DNA of 64,000 nucleotides from an uncultured Rhodobacterales bacterium (GTDB lineage Bacteria; Pseudomonadota; Alphaproteobacteria; Rhodobacterales; Rhodobacteraceae), in NCBI GenBank assembly GCA_964632495.1, contig CAZWDS010000001.1, forward strand, positions 21,318 to 85,317. Reading direction: 5' to 3'. The stretch's first letter is position 1; each line of letters begins with the position of its first letter. Below, in pieces: positions 43,872 through 53,412 of this stretch. The position numbers and the translations under genes are program-made. Under the pieces are notes generated by a model. The model was not told where the DNA came from. It ran no database searches and saw only the letters and a program-made list of their open reading frames with translations.

Positions 43872-45494
43872 ATGGCCAAGCTATCGACATACGGGCTATT
43901 TGCCCTAGCTGCCTTGATCGTCACGCTGTGTCTGTTTCCAGTCGTTGCTGTGATGCTGGCGGCCCTGTCCTTGCCGGGCGATACGATCCAAGGTTTGGCG
44001 GCAACGGTATTGCCCCGCTTCACGCTGAACACGATTGGCCTTGTTTTCCTGACCTGTAGCGCCTCGCTTGTCATCGGCGTAAGCGCGGCCTGGTTGGTGA
44101 CGATGACCGAGTTTCCCGGTCGTCGCATCCTTGAAATCTGCCTCGTTCTGCCCTTCGCCTTCCCGGCCTATGTGTTGGCCTACGCCTATACACATGTGCT
44201 GGATCATCCTGGAATCGTGCAATCCACCCTCAGGGACGTGTTCGGATGGGGACCGCGCGATTATTGGTTTCCGGAAATCCGATCTTTCGGCGGGGCCGCC
44301 ATGATGCTGACCATCGTGCTGTACCCCTACGTTTACTTATTGGCGCGCGCATCGTTCCTTAGCCAAAGCGCAGCACAATTTCTGGTGGCCCGCACGCTGG
44401 GGCAAAGCCCGTTCCGAATCTTCCTGAAAGTCTCGCTTCCCATGTCGCGGGCCGCAGCTGTCGGGGGCGTCTTGCTGGTCGCGATGGAAACGATTGCCGA
44501 CTTCGGAACGGTGTCGTTCTTCGGCGTCCAGACCTTCGCAACCGGCATATATCAAAGCTGGTTCTCGATGGCAGACCGCGCAGCCGCCGCGCAACTGGCC
44601 CTTTGCCTTCTCAGCTTTGCGCTGCTTCTGGCTTTTTTTGGCCGCATCACCCGCGACGCTCCGGCGGCCACGCACGGACGCCGCCGCGAGATGATGCCAA
44701 GATTTCAACTCCGTGGCCTCAAAGCCGTCGCCGCCATAACGGCGTGCAGCCTGCCCGTGATCGTGGGCGCGATTATTCCAACCATCGTGTTGATCACCAT
44801 GGCCCATGGATCCGAGCAAGACCTGCTTAGCCGAAGATACCAGCACTTCATCGGTAACAGCCTGACACTTGCCCTGATCGGGGCTGCAATCACGGTCTTC
44901 GCAGCATTAGCCCTCGGTTCCCTTCGACGCAGTTTCCCGGGCCGTCTCAGCAACGGATTCTTTCAGGTGGCGCGCCTTGGCTATGCAGTGCCCGGCGGAG
45001 TAATTGCTGTGGGTTTGCTGGTGCCCATGGCCGCGTTTGACAACCGGTTTGACCAGTTCATGACGGAACGCTTTGGCATTTCGACTGGGCTGCTGGTGAC
45101 TGGCTCTATCGCGCTTTTGCTTGTCACCTATATGGTACGTTTCCTCGCCGCCGCCCTAAGTGCTTATGAAAGCGGGGCCAGCGCGATCAATCGAAATCTT
45201 GATCATGCCGCGCGTGTCTTGGGAAAGTCTCCGGTGAGAACCGCGCTGAAAGTCCACACTCCCTTATTAGCCCCCAGCCTATTAACCGGGGCTTTGATTG
45301 TCTTCGTCGATGTGATGAAAGAGCTTCCGGCCACACTGATTTTACGGCCCTTCAATTTCGACACTCTGGCCGTTCAGGCCTTTCGCCTTGCCTCGGACGA
45401 ACGGCTGACGGGCGCCGCTGTTCCAAGTCTGGTGATTGCCGCGATTGGGCTTTTGCCGACCATCCTTTTGTGCCGACGCATCAGCCGCGACTGA
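43872..45494 (+). CDS. Fused two-domain ABC permease of the Fe(3+)/thiamine type (FbpB-like)
   Basis: 540 aa with two tandem six-TM BPD-transporter halves and EAA-like loops (ARTLGQSPFRIFLKVSLP; ARVLGKSPVRTALKVHTP). Confidence 0.8.
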   Translation: MAKLSTYGLFALAALIVTLCLFPVVAVMLAALSLPGDTIQGLAATVLPRFTLNTIGLVFLTCSASLVIGVSAAWLVTMTEFPGRRILEICLVLPFAFPAYVLAYAYTHVLDHPGIVQSTLRDVFGWGPRDYWFPEIRSFGGAAMMLTIVLYPYVYLLARASFLSQSAAQFLVARTLGQSPFRIFLKVSLPMSRAAAVGGVLLVAMETIADFGTVSFFGVQTFATGIYQSWFSMADRAAAAQLALCLLSFALLLAFFGRITRDAPAATHGRRREMMPRFQLRGLKAVAAITACSLPVIVGAIIPTIVLITMAHGSEQDLLSRRYQHFIGNSLTLALIGAAITVFAALALGSLRRSFPGRLSNGFFQVARLGYAVPGGVIAVGLLVPMAAFDNRFDQFMTERFGISTGLLVTGSIALLLVTYMVRFLAAALSAYESGASAINRNLDHAARVLGKSPVRTALKVHTPLLAPSLLTGALIVFVDVMKELPATLILRPFNFDTLAVQAFRLASDERLTGAAVPSLVIAAIGLLPTILLCRRISRD

Positions 45495-45564
45495 ACATTT
45501 GCCCTTGTCGGATCGCGGATATCGGGTTCTGTCATTTGGCCGGATGATGCACTAAAGCATAGCG

Positions 45565-46377
45565 TCAGATGTCGCTTTCTTTGGCGACATAGCTGGGAAA
45601 GTACGCAGGCGGCATAGGGCCTTTGTTTCGCGTGCCTTGCTGCATCTGCTCCCATCCGTGCGCCAGAATTCCGACGGATCGTGAAAGACAAAAAAGGCCC
45701 CGAGACAGCGGTGGCGGAAAACCAAGTTCGCAGAAAATAACGGCGGTCGCACCGTCGATGTTCATCGCGATGTCGGCATTTCGTTGTCGTCCAATTGCGG
45801 CTTGAATCGCTTCGCCGATGTCAGCGAACCGGCCAGACACAACGTCCTTTCCAGCAGCTTCTCGCACCAGCGCCATCAGCCGAGGCGCGCGGGGATCAAC
45901 GGGTTTGTGAAACCGATGCCCGAACCCCGGAACAATCTTGCCGTTCTGCTCCTGCCATTTTTCCACCGCCTGAAACACCGTCGCCTCAAGTGACAGACCA
46001 CTATCCAAACGACCAGCGATCTCGACATAGAGTTCCGCACATTGCTCCCCTGCTCCACCGTGCACATCGCCAAGCATATTCACACCAGTGGCCATGACAT
46101 TGTTCAAACCGACACCACAAGTCGCCGCCATCCGTGCCGCAGCAATCGAGGGGGCTTGAGGGCCGTGATCGACGCCTGCAACCAACGCGCATTCCAGCAG
46201 CTCGGCTTGGACGGACGTGGGCATTGTGCCTTTCGTCATCAACCAGATCATCTGGCCAAAGCTGACATGTCCAATCAAATCCTCAATCTTATGGCCGCGA
46301 ATGGCGATCCGTCCCGGGGCCATGTCGATGATTGATGTTTGCCACCATTGCCGAATGGCCTGTTCATCTGTGCTCAT
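45565..46377 (-). CDS. Short citrate-synthase-family protein (citryl-CoA lyase-like)
   Basis: 270 aa with GDVHGGAGEQ and GFGHRFHKPVDPRA, the citrate-synthase catalytic His motifs in a truncated-format protein. Confidence 0.75.
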   Translation of the reverse strand: MSTDEQAIRQWWQTSIIDMAPGRIAIRGHKIEDLIGHVSFGQMIWLMTKGTMPTSVQAELLECALVAGVDHGPQAPSIAAARMAATCGVGLNNVMATGVNMLGDVHGGAGEQCAELYVEIAGRLDSGLSLEATVFQAVEKWQEQNGKIVPGFGHRFHKPVDPRAPRLMALVREAAGKDVVSGRFADIGEAIQAAIGRQRNADIAMNIDGATAVIFCELGFPPPLSRGLFCLSRSVGILAHGWEQMQQGTRNKGPMPPAYFPSYVAKESDI

Positions 46378-46429
46378 GGGTTACTCTTTCGATGCGGAGC
46401 CTAAGTCAGATCACCCCTTTTGGATTTGG

Positions 46430-47815
46430 TCAATGCGCGGCAAAGCGGCGGGTTGGCGTGGTTTGAATGAGCTTGGAGTGGCTGTGTACACTAGCAATGA
46501 AGCCGTCCTTGTCCCGCGCGCTTGCAAGCGCGTAGAAATCTGGCCGAACGATCACACCGAAGGTATCGTTTGCCTCCAACCAATCCTTGGCGTCAACGAC
46601 CTCTGGAATAGGCAACTCTAGGGGGTGGCGCACCAGCGCATAGAACCCGTTTGGTGCGGCATCATCGAAACGCCCGATTTGGGGAACAAGCTGGCCTGCC
46701 AAAGGATCATCCACACCAAGCCCAGGGCCCAAAGTTGGCCAGATCGAGATCATTTTGCCTTTGGGCTTCCGACCTTGGACTGTTTGATTGATAAGTTGGC
46801 CAAGTTTGACCGAGCGTTTGATGAAAGCCCGTGCATTAGGATCCCGTTCGCTCTGGTAGCTGTCCAAAATCCGGGCATCCGCGCCGTTGCAGACACACGC
46901 AAGTTTCCAAGCCAAATTACCCGCATCTCGCAAACCCGCGCACATCCCCTGCCCCATGAAGGGCGGCATTTGGTGCGCCACGTCGCCCGCAAGAAACGTC
47001 CGTTCCTTGCGCCAATTGTCTGCAATCCGCGAGCGGAACGTGTAAACGGCGGAACGTTCCAAAGTGGCATCTTGCGGCGTGATCCACCGAGCCAAACGCG
47101 CCCATGTCTCATCAGGGTCAAATTTATCGGGGTCATCTTCAGCAATCCGACACTCCCACCGACGGCGCCGACCAACACCCCGCACATAGGTCGCGGGCGC
47201 ATTGGCGTTGCAATGCTGAATGGAATAGTCGCCAAGATCAGGACGGTCCCGTTTCAGGATCACATCCGCCACCAGCCAACGTTCTTCGAAACCTAAGTCG
47301 CAAAACGCATCGGCCACATGCCCCCGAAACGTCGAGCCAGCCCCATCACAGATCACGGCAAACCGCGCCCGTTCTTCGCTGTTCTGCGTGAGAACGGACA
47401 CTCCGTTGTTGTCTTGACTCAGGCTTTGCACCGAAACGCCCGTGAGAAGTTTCACGTCGGGGAACCGATGCAAACCTTCACGCAAAAGTCCTTCCAAGTC
47501 CGGTTGATGAAACCGATAGCTTTCGTGCCAGCCCATTGGGCCGATTTCAACATCGCGAGACCAATCCACCAGCGTTTTCCCTGCGTCGTCCTTGAACAGC
47601 ATGCCTGGGTTAATCCGCGTCATTGGTCGGACCGCATCGGCCAACCGCGCCGATTGAAACAGCCGCATGACCTCGCCGTCGAAATGGACGGCCCGCGGTA
47701 AATCGTAGATCTCTGGCTGCTTTTCAAAAATCGAAACCCGCAATCCCCGAGAACCCAAAAGGTTGCCCAAGAACGCTCCTGTCGGCCCGCAGCCGATGAT
47801 TGCGACGTCGATCAC
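46430..47815 (-). CDS. FAD-dependent aromatic-ring monooxygenase (MhpA/PheA-like)
   Basis: DVAIIGCGPTGAFLG (GxGxxG), AVICDGAGS, and FLAGDVAHQMPPFMGQGMCAGLRDAGNLAWKL motifs. Confidence 0.85.
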   Translation of the reverse strand: MIDVAIIGCGPTGAFLGNLLGSRGLRVSIFEKQPEIYDLPRAVHFDGEVMRLFQSARLADAVRPMTRINPGMLFKDDAGKTLVDWSRDVEIGPMGWHESYRFHQPDLEGLLREGLHRFPDVKLLTGVSVQSLSQDNNGVSVLTQNSEERARFAVICDGAGSTFRGHVADAFCDLGFEERWLVADVILKRDRPDLGDYSIQHCNANAPATYVRGVGRRRRWECRIAEDDPDKFDPDETWARLARWITPQDATLERSAVYTFRSRIADNWRKERTFLAGDVAHQMPPFMGQGMCAGLRDAGNLAWKLACVCNGADARILDSYQSERDPNARAFIKRSVKLGQLINQTVQGRKPKGKMISIWPTLGPGLGVDDPLAGQLVPQIGRFDDAAPNGFYALVRHPLELPIPEVVDAKDWLEANDTFGVIVRPDFYALASARDKDGFIASVHSHSKLIQTTPTRRFAAH

Positions 47816-48414
47816 AGCTCGTCTGTGCGGGAACCAGGAATGATCTGACCGTCCGCGGTACGATGCCTGCCGTCAGCTTCAATGGTCGCAAGGCCCCAGA
47901 AAATCTCGATACGATGCCCATCCGGGTCCAGGACATAAACCGCCTCGTTCTCGCCCCAAGACCCATCTCCGCGTGGCTGATGCCACGAATGCACAACTGG
48001 TCCACGAATGATCTCTGCACCGTTCTCGCGGATACGATCCAAAGCAACTTGCCAATCTTCGCGGGTGTCACATTCCAAGGCAAAGTGGTGGAAAGACGGC
48101 GGTCCATCCAAGTCATCTTCGGGACGAATAGGGCGCGGCCGATACGTTTTCTTGGGATTGTGCACCAAGACAAGCTCATGATGCGTGTGACCCAACCGCA
48201 GAAAGGTCAGCTCGACTGGGATCGCCGAAACTTCGTTCGCAGCATGTCGTTCAGTCACCTTGAAGCCAAGCACATCACGATAGAATTTGATCGACTTATC
48301 CGTGTCACTGACATCTACGGAAAAGTGCTGCATCCGTGCAATCGGTCCAGGCATGGCGGCGTCGTTATCCCCTTGTTGAGCCCGACCGGTGTACAGTGCT
48401 TCAAGAATGGTCAC
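47812..48414 (-). CDS. VOC-family (glyoxalase / extradiol dioxygenase-fold) protein
   Basis: HFSVDVSDTDKSIKFYRDVLGF...HHFALEC...DPDGHRIEIF, typical paired beta-alpha-beta-beta-beta metal-binding modules. 4-nt overlap with the monooxygenase gene. Confidence 0.75.
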   Translation of the reverse strand: MTILEALYTGRAQQGDNDAAMPGPIARMQHFSVDVSDTDKSIKFYRDVLGFKVTERHAANEVSAIPVELTFLRLGHTHHELVLVHNPKKTYRPRPIRPEDDLDGPPSFHHFALECDTREDWQVALDRIRENGAEIIRGPVVHSWHQPRGDGSWGENEAVYVLDPDGHRIEIFWGLATIEADGRHRTADGQIIPGSRTDEL

Positions 48415-48465
48415 TAGAGGAAGCGCGACACCAAATACGCTGCACGGGTCAAACTTTGATGGAAG

Positions 48466-48541
48466 TGGTGCCTCAAGAGGGACTCGAACCCCCGACCTTG
48501 TCCTTACGAAGGACCTGCTCTACCAGCTGAGCTATTGAGGC
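48466..48541 (-). tRNA. tRNA-Thr (anticodon CGU), CCA encoded
   Basis: Reverse complement GCCTCAATAGCTCAGCTGGTAGAGCAGGTCCTTCGTAAGGACAAGGTCGGGGGTTCGAGTCCCTCTTGAGGCACCA folds as a cloverleaf. It has a 7-bp acceptor stem, GTTCGAGTC T-loop and anticodon loop TTCGTAA. Confidence 0.9.
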
Positions 48542-48585
48542 GTACCGGCGCGCCTGATAGCAGGCTTTGAAGAACGCGAATAGCC

Positions 48586-50157
48586 CTATTTTGCCTCTTT
48601 TCCGGCCGGGTAATCCAACGGCGGAGCGTCTGCATTTGCAGTGGACCGGTCAGCGTCATCCTTCAGCAATTCAATTTCAATCGCGTCTGTTTCGTCCGCT
48701 GGCAGCTCTTCCGCATCTTCGGGTTCACTTGCATCTGTGCCATCTGGATCGTCTGTTGGATCCTTATCGTTAGGTCCTGCAATCTGACCCACAATCAATG
48801 GCAACATCGCGGCCCCTGCAGGAAGCGGTGCGGTGGCGTCTTCGGGTTGCTTCCAGCTTAGGGTATCAAAGCTGTCACAGCCTTCACACACGGGTTCCCA
48901 CTCGCCGTGAATACGGCTGCAATTATCGCAAACCCATTGTGGGCCACGTGGCGCGGTCAAGGCGCGGGCCAGCCAGCCTTTGACAACAGCATCATCGGAT
49001 CCCATGCCACGTTCGATGGCGGCCATAATCGTCAATGCGCGGGCAGACGGTTCTGTCTCGGAAAGATCACCCATGGCGTCGCGCGCGCCCATATAGTCTT
49101 CCGCAGCAATGTGCAGTTCCGCAGCAAGCATCCGAGTTTCGGGATGGCCAGGATGTTGCGACGTCAAAGCACCAAAACGCTTGATGCGCGCGGTCGAGGT
49201 TTCATCAGGCTGAATGCGTGCGAAGGCGGCGGCAAGATCGGGGTGTGGCTGCGCCATCCAAGCTTTTTTCAGCAATCGAGTTGCATTCCGCGGCTTATTT
49301 TTCGCAACAAAGCCATCCGCAGCCAGAACAGCTGCCGGGATTAGGTCGGGCGACTTGCGGTTGGCCTCGATGGCCTTCTCACGCGCTTCGATCGACTTGT
49401 TGTCATCCACAATGTCTTGCGCTTCGCCAAGCGCCAAAACAGCGTCGCGGCGTTTGTGGACGTCACGTGGAAGTGCACCGTGTTTTAGTTTGGCGCCCAA
49501 GGTTTTCCGGGCACCGGACCAATCGTGAGCATTTGCCTGAAGGCTCAGCAACACGTCTTGCGTTTCAAAATGGCCCGGGCGCAAAGCGAACGCCTTTTCA
49601 GCTAACGCCATGGCGGTATCCGTTTTTCCGGCCTGTAGTTGCTGTTTCATCAGACCGCGCACACCGACAAACCGGGTACGGTCGTCGCGTAGCAATTTCT
49701 TATACGCGGTTTCGGCCATCTTGGTTTCGCCTGCTTGCTCGGCCGCCTGAGCCGTCAGAAGCGTCGTCAGCTCGGGGCGGCGCAACAGCTTTTCAGCCTT
49801 GGTGGCCTTTGCGATGGCCTGCTTTCCTTCACCCGAAGCCAAGGCCATCATACCGTCAGCCAAAGCGTCGTAACCCTTACGTTCACGACGCCGGTCAAAG
49901 AAGCGGTCAATGGCCGTCTTATCGCCTGCTGCAAACCGCAGGAACGTGACAATCAGCGAAATGAGTTTGAACAAGACCCAAGCCGCGGCCAGCAGCACCA
50001 AAAGGGCAATCACAGACTCTAGGGGCCCAAGTGTGAACTCGGTGCCTGCAACAGAAATTCGCATACCACCGTCTGCTTCCATCAGCAGACCAGCCCCCCA
50101 AGTTGCTGCTGCAACCAAAGAAACAAAAATAACTATCTTAAGCAGGGACCAAAGCAT
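48586..50157 (-). CDS. hemY: HemY-like membrane protein (HemY_N + TPR)
   Basis: Two N-terminal TM helices (MLWSLLKIVIFVSLVAAATWG...VIALLVLLAAAWVLFKLI), TPR-like repeats, a CxxC...CxxC segment and an acidic tail. Positioned next to hemD. Confidence 0.8.
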   Translation of the reverse strand: MLWSLLKIVIFVSLVAAATWGAGLLMEADGGMRISVAGTEFTLGPLESVIALLVLLAAAWVLFKLISLIVTFLRFAAGDKTAIDRFFDRRRERKGYDALADGMMALASGEGKQAIAKATKAEKLLRRPELTTLLTAQAAEQAGETKMAETAYKKLLRDDRTRFVGVRGLMKQQLQAGKTDTAMALAEKAFALRPGHFETQDVLLSLQANAHDWSGARKTLGAKLKHGALPRDVHKRRDAVLALGEAQDIVDDNKSIEAREKAIEANRKSPDLIPAAVLAADGFVAKNKPRNATRLLKKAWMAQPHPDLAAAFARIQPDETSTARIKRFGALTSQHPGHPETRMLAAELHIAAEDYMGARDAMGDLSETEPSARALTIMAAIERGMGSDDAVVKGWLARALTAPRGPQWVCDNCSRIHGEWEPVCEGCDSFDTLSWKQPEDATAPLPAGAAMLPLIVGQIAGPNDKDPTDDPDGTDASEPEDAEELPADETDAIEIELLKDDADRSTANADAPPLDYPAGKEAK

Positions 50158-50164
50158 GGGACTC

Positions 50165-51496
50165 TCAATTCAGTTTTGCGGACAGGGCATCGACAGCTTG
50201 CAAGGCCGCCTGTCGGTTTTGAGCATCAGTCAACCAACCAGACATAGCTTCTTTCGCTGCGTCAGGAAGAACAGATACTTCGGAAAGTGTCTCAGTAAGG
50301 TTGCCTTCGGATAGTAAGGCTTCGGCACGAGACAATACGGCATCGGCATCGTCACCGTCTTTTGGTTCAAGAGACCTTGCGTTTGTTTGCCGCTTCAGAA
50401 ACGCCGAAAAGCGTTCACCGGTCGAGGCATCTTCAGCAACAGTTTGCGACGTCGCCAAAGCTGATCGTGCGGCCCCTGCAAATCCTTGCTGCAAGGCGAC
50501 CATTGTCGGGACACCTGTTTCGGCGTGCGTGGCCAGTTCCGGCGGGACGTCTTCAAACCCGGCAACCAGTTCATTGAAAGGTGCGCCAGCATCGACTGCA
50601 ACTTTCAATTCGGCAAGAGTTGCCTGCATCACTGCAATCTCAGCGCGACGCGCCGCTTCTGCTTCAGTTGCTTCTGCAGCGGCGGCGGCCTCGACCTGAA
50701 CAGCTTGCGCTGCTGCTGCTGCTTCGGCTTGAACCGCCTGCGCCTTTTCTTCGGCTGCAACAATACGTTCTTCGGCTTCGGCGACCAGATTTTCGAGGTC
50801 TGCTTGAAAGACCGAAAGTTGCTCTGCTGCTTTGTCAGCCTGAGCCGCATTGGAATTGCCGTCATCTATCTCAAGCGCTGCAACACGTTCGCGCAGGCTA
50901 GACAGTTCTTCGGTCAGAGCTGAAAGATCGGCAGACGCTTGAACGCTTGATTGGGACACTGTCTCGGTCAGGGTCGATACGGTACCGGCAACATCCTGCA
51001 CGCTTGTCTGCACTTCAGCGATCTGGGCCTCCAAGCCGGACGTGTCCGGAATTTCGGGCATCTTGGGAATTTCGGATCGCAAAGTCGCGATTTCAGCCGA
51101 CAAACCTTCAAGTCCTGTCGCATTGCCTTCGATTGACTCTGTTAATTGCGCCACATCGTCTGATCGTCCGGACAAACCAGGAATTAAAGACAGCGCTGCA
51201 AAGAAACCTAAGGCACCTGCCACAAGGCCGCCAAACAACATCGGCCAGATCGACGCTTTCTTCGGCGCGGGTTCGGCTGGGGGGAAAGATTCTGAAATCG
51301 CCTCAGAAGCATCCTCTTCAGGCAAATCGAAGTCACTTTCCGTCAAATCGTCGGTGACATCGACAGCCTCTCCTTCCAAGAGAACAGGCTCATCCGGCAA
51401 CGATTCGTTCACTTCATCGAGGATCTCATCATCGATGATATCTTCGATTTCTTCTTGTTTATCAGGCTTTTCCGAGGAATCTGGCGTTGAGGTCAC
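50165..51496 (-). CDS. Alphaproteobacterial mitofilin/Mic60-like (HemX-position) membrane protein
   Basis: Acidic N-terminus, one TM (IWPMLFGGLVAGALGFFAALSLI), a long Ala/Glu coiled coil and a C-terminal mitofilin-like block (FSAFLKRQTNARSLEP...VLSRAEALLSEGNL). It lies between hemD and hemY. Confidence 0.7.
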   Translation of the reverse strand: MTSTPDSSEKPDKQEEIEDIIDDEILDEVNESLPDEPVLLEGEAVDVTDDLTESDFDLPEEDASEAISESFPPAEPAPKKASIWPMLFGGLVAGALGFFAALSLIPGLSGRSDDVAQLTESIEGNATGLEGLSAEIATLRSEIPKMPEIPDTSGLEAQIAEVQTSVQDVAGTVSTLTETVSQSSVQASADLSALTEELSSLRERVAALEIDDGNSNAAQADKAAEQLSVFQADLENLVAEAEERIVAAEEKAQAVQAEAAAAAQAVQVEAAAAAEATEAEAARRAEIAVMQATLAELKVAVDAGAPFNELVAGFEDVPPELATHAETGVPTMVALQQGFAGAARSALATSQTVAEDASTGERFSAFLKRQTNARSLEPKDGDDADAVLSRAEALLSEGNLTETLSEVSVLPDAAKEAMSGWLTDAQNRQAALQAVDALSAKLN

Positions 51497-51579
51497 GCTG
51501 CTACCTTTTCTTACAAACTTGAGAATCTCTGAACTAAGTTGATTTTAAGGCTGGTTCCGGCAGGCAACAAGGTGACCGT

Positions 51580-52257
51580 TCAAAGTAGTTCGGTCACAAG
51601 GTCGCACATAGCGACTGCATCCGGTCTTTCTGCCACTTTGATTTCGGCTTTGATCGGCCAGGCTTTCGCCACAGCCGCACTCATCGCCAGAACTGTCAAA
51701 GGTGCGTTTATAGGATACGCCCCAAGCAAGCTGGCACTGCGCGGCGAAAAGACAGGCGCGATCACGGGTTGAGAGCTTGCGAGCAAAGCCAATGCTTCGG
51801 ACGAAAGCGGCTTTTCTATCTGATCGTAGATAACCGCATTCTTCGCGGGAATACCCTTGGTCGTGAGCGCTTCGGCAAGATCGACACGCGCATGAACGCC
51901 ACGCGCAACCAAGACAGGACTCGATAGCTCGTGCGCTCTGCTTAGAAACGCATCTGCCGTTTCGCCAAGACAGTTTGCAATAGCCCCGAAAGACGCGGCC
52001 AGTTCTGCCGTCGCCTCACCTACGGTCGCGACGTTCTTTCCTTTCAAGGCATCTGCCAGACAACGCACCGCGTTGGCCGAGGTCACAACAATGGTGCCCG
52101 AGTCACACAAATCTAACACGTCACCAACAGGTATAACCTTAAGAACAGGCGAGATGACAGCGGGGAACGGGCGATCCAGCCGGACCCTGCAGTCCTCAAG
52201 AAAAGCTGTGGATTGAGCCAAAGGTCGGGTCAAAAGCAACGTCGGCCCTGTGATCAT
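51580..52257 (-). CDS. hemD: Uroporphyrinogen-III synthase
   Basis: HEM4-like ([10 protein letters not shown]...IVVTSANAV...VATVGEATA...PVFSPRSA). Start taken at MITGPT. The longer track ORF (to 52491) would overlap tsaD. Confidence 0.75.
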   Translation of the reverse strand: MITGPTLLLTRPLAQSTAFLEDCRVRLDRPFPAVISPVLKVIPVGDVLDLCDSGTIVVTSANAVRCLADALKGKNVATVGEATAELAASFGAIANCLGETADAFLSRAHELSSPVLVARGVHARVDLAEALTTKGIPAKNAVIYDQIEKPLSSEALALLASSQPVIAPVFSPRSASLLGAYPINAPLTVLAMSAAVAKAWPIKAEIKVAERPDAVAMCDLVTELL

Positions 52258-52332
52258 AACTTGGACGGCTTGCTTGTATGGCGCATAGCCCGGTGTTACC
52301 TGCGAGAGATCAACCACGCAACCCGCACACCC

Positions 52333-53412
52333 ATGACAAAGCTTTTCCTTGGCATCGAATCCAGCTGCGACGACACCGCAGCCGCCGTTGTGGGCGATGA
52401 TCGAACAATCCTGTCGTCCGTCGTTGCTGACCAAAACGCTTTGCACCAAGCCTTCGGCGGCGTGGTACCCGAAATCGCTGCAAGGGCGCATGCCGAAAAA
52501 CTAGACATCGCCGTCGAAACCGCCTTGCGCGACGGGAACGTCCGTTTGTCGGACATCCATGCCGTTGCCGTGACAGCAGGACCAGGCTTGATCGGCGGTG
52601 TCTTGTCGGGCGTGATGTGCGCCAAAGGTATTGCGACAGGAATCGGGAAACCTCTGCTTGGCATCAACCATCTTGCCGGCCATGCGTTGACGCCGCGTCT
52701 GACGGATGGGTTGGATTTTCCTTATCTGATGCTTTTGGTGTCTGGCGGGCATTGCCAACTTCTGATCGTGGAAGGGCCCGACCATTTTCATAGGCTAGGA
52801 GGCACGATCGACGATGCACCGGGCGAGGCATTCGACAAAACTGCGCGTGTTCTTGGCTTGCCGCAACCGGGCGGGCCTTCAGTTGAGAAAGAAGCTAAAA
52901 ACGGCGATCCCAGTCGTTTCCGGTTTCCGCGCCCTCTTCTGGACCGCGCCGGGTGTGACATGAGCTTTTCGGGTTTGAAAACCGCGCTTATTCGCGAACG
53001 GGATACTCGTATCGCTGAAATGGGCGGGTTGACCCAAACAGATCGGGCCGACCTTTGCGCGGGTTTCCAAGCAGCGGTGGCAGACGTGCTCTCAGAGAAA
53101 ACCAACCGCGCACTTGATGTCTACTTGGAACGCATCCCAACAAAGCCAGTGCTTGCGGTGGCAGGTGGCGTCGCCGCAAACTCTGCCATCCGCGCTGGTT
53201 TAGAGACGGTTGCTAAAAATAGAAGTACCCAGTTTGTTGCACCTCCGCTTTCCCTTTGTACAGACAATGCCGCGATGATTGCGTGGGCGGGTGTCGAGCT
53301 GCATCGTATCGGCCATCCCGGCATGTCGCCGCTTGTGCCGCGACCGCGATGGCCACTTGATGATCGACAACCCGCTTTGCTGGGCGCAGGTAAGAAAGGG
53401 GCCAAAGCATGA
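52333..53412 (+). CDS. tsaD: TsaD, tRNA N6-adenosine threonylcarbamoyltransferase
   Basis: [15 protein letters not shown]...HAEKL...[10 protein letters not shown]...[10 protein letters not shown]...SFSGLKT...[12 protein letters not shown]. Start at MTKLFLGIE. Confidence 0.92.
   Translation: MTKLFLGIESSCDDTAAAVVGDDRTILSSVVADQNALHQAFGGVVPEIAARAHAEKLDIAVETALRDGNVRLSDIHAVAVTAGPGLIGGVLSGVMCAKGIATGIGKPLLGINHLAGHALTPRLTDGLDFPYLMLLVSGGHCQLLIVEGPDHFHRLGGTIDDAPGEAFDKTARVLGLPQPGGPSVEKEAKNGDPSRFRFPRPLLDRAGCDMSFSGLKTALIRERDTRIAEMGGLTQTDRADLCAGFQAAVADVLSEKTNRALDVYLERIPTKPVLAVAGGVAANSAIRAGLETVAKNRSTQFVAPPLSLCTDNAAMIAWAGVELHRIGHPGMSPLVPRPRWPLDDRQPALLGAGKKGAKA

Noticed and set aside
49218-49949. 243-aa plus-strand ORF
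   Set aside because: It is antisense to the hemY-like gene. Its product is an Arg/Pro-rich shadow frame.
52213-52491. Mutually overlapping long versions of the hemD (to 52491) and tsaD (from 52213) ORFs
   Set aside because: The conserved protein sequences begin at 52257 (hemD, MITGPT) and 52333 (tsa[16 protein letters not shown]), leaving a normal 75-bp divergent promoter. The extensions are unconserved-looking read-through of the spacer.
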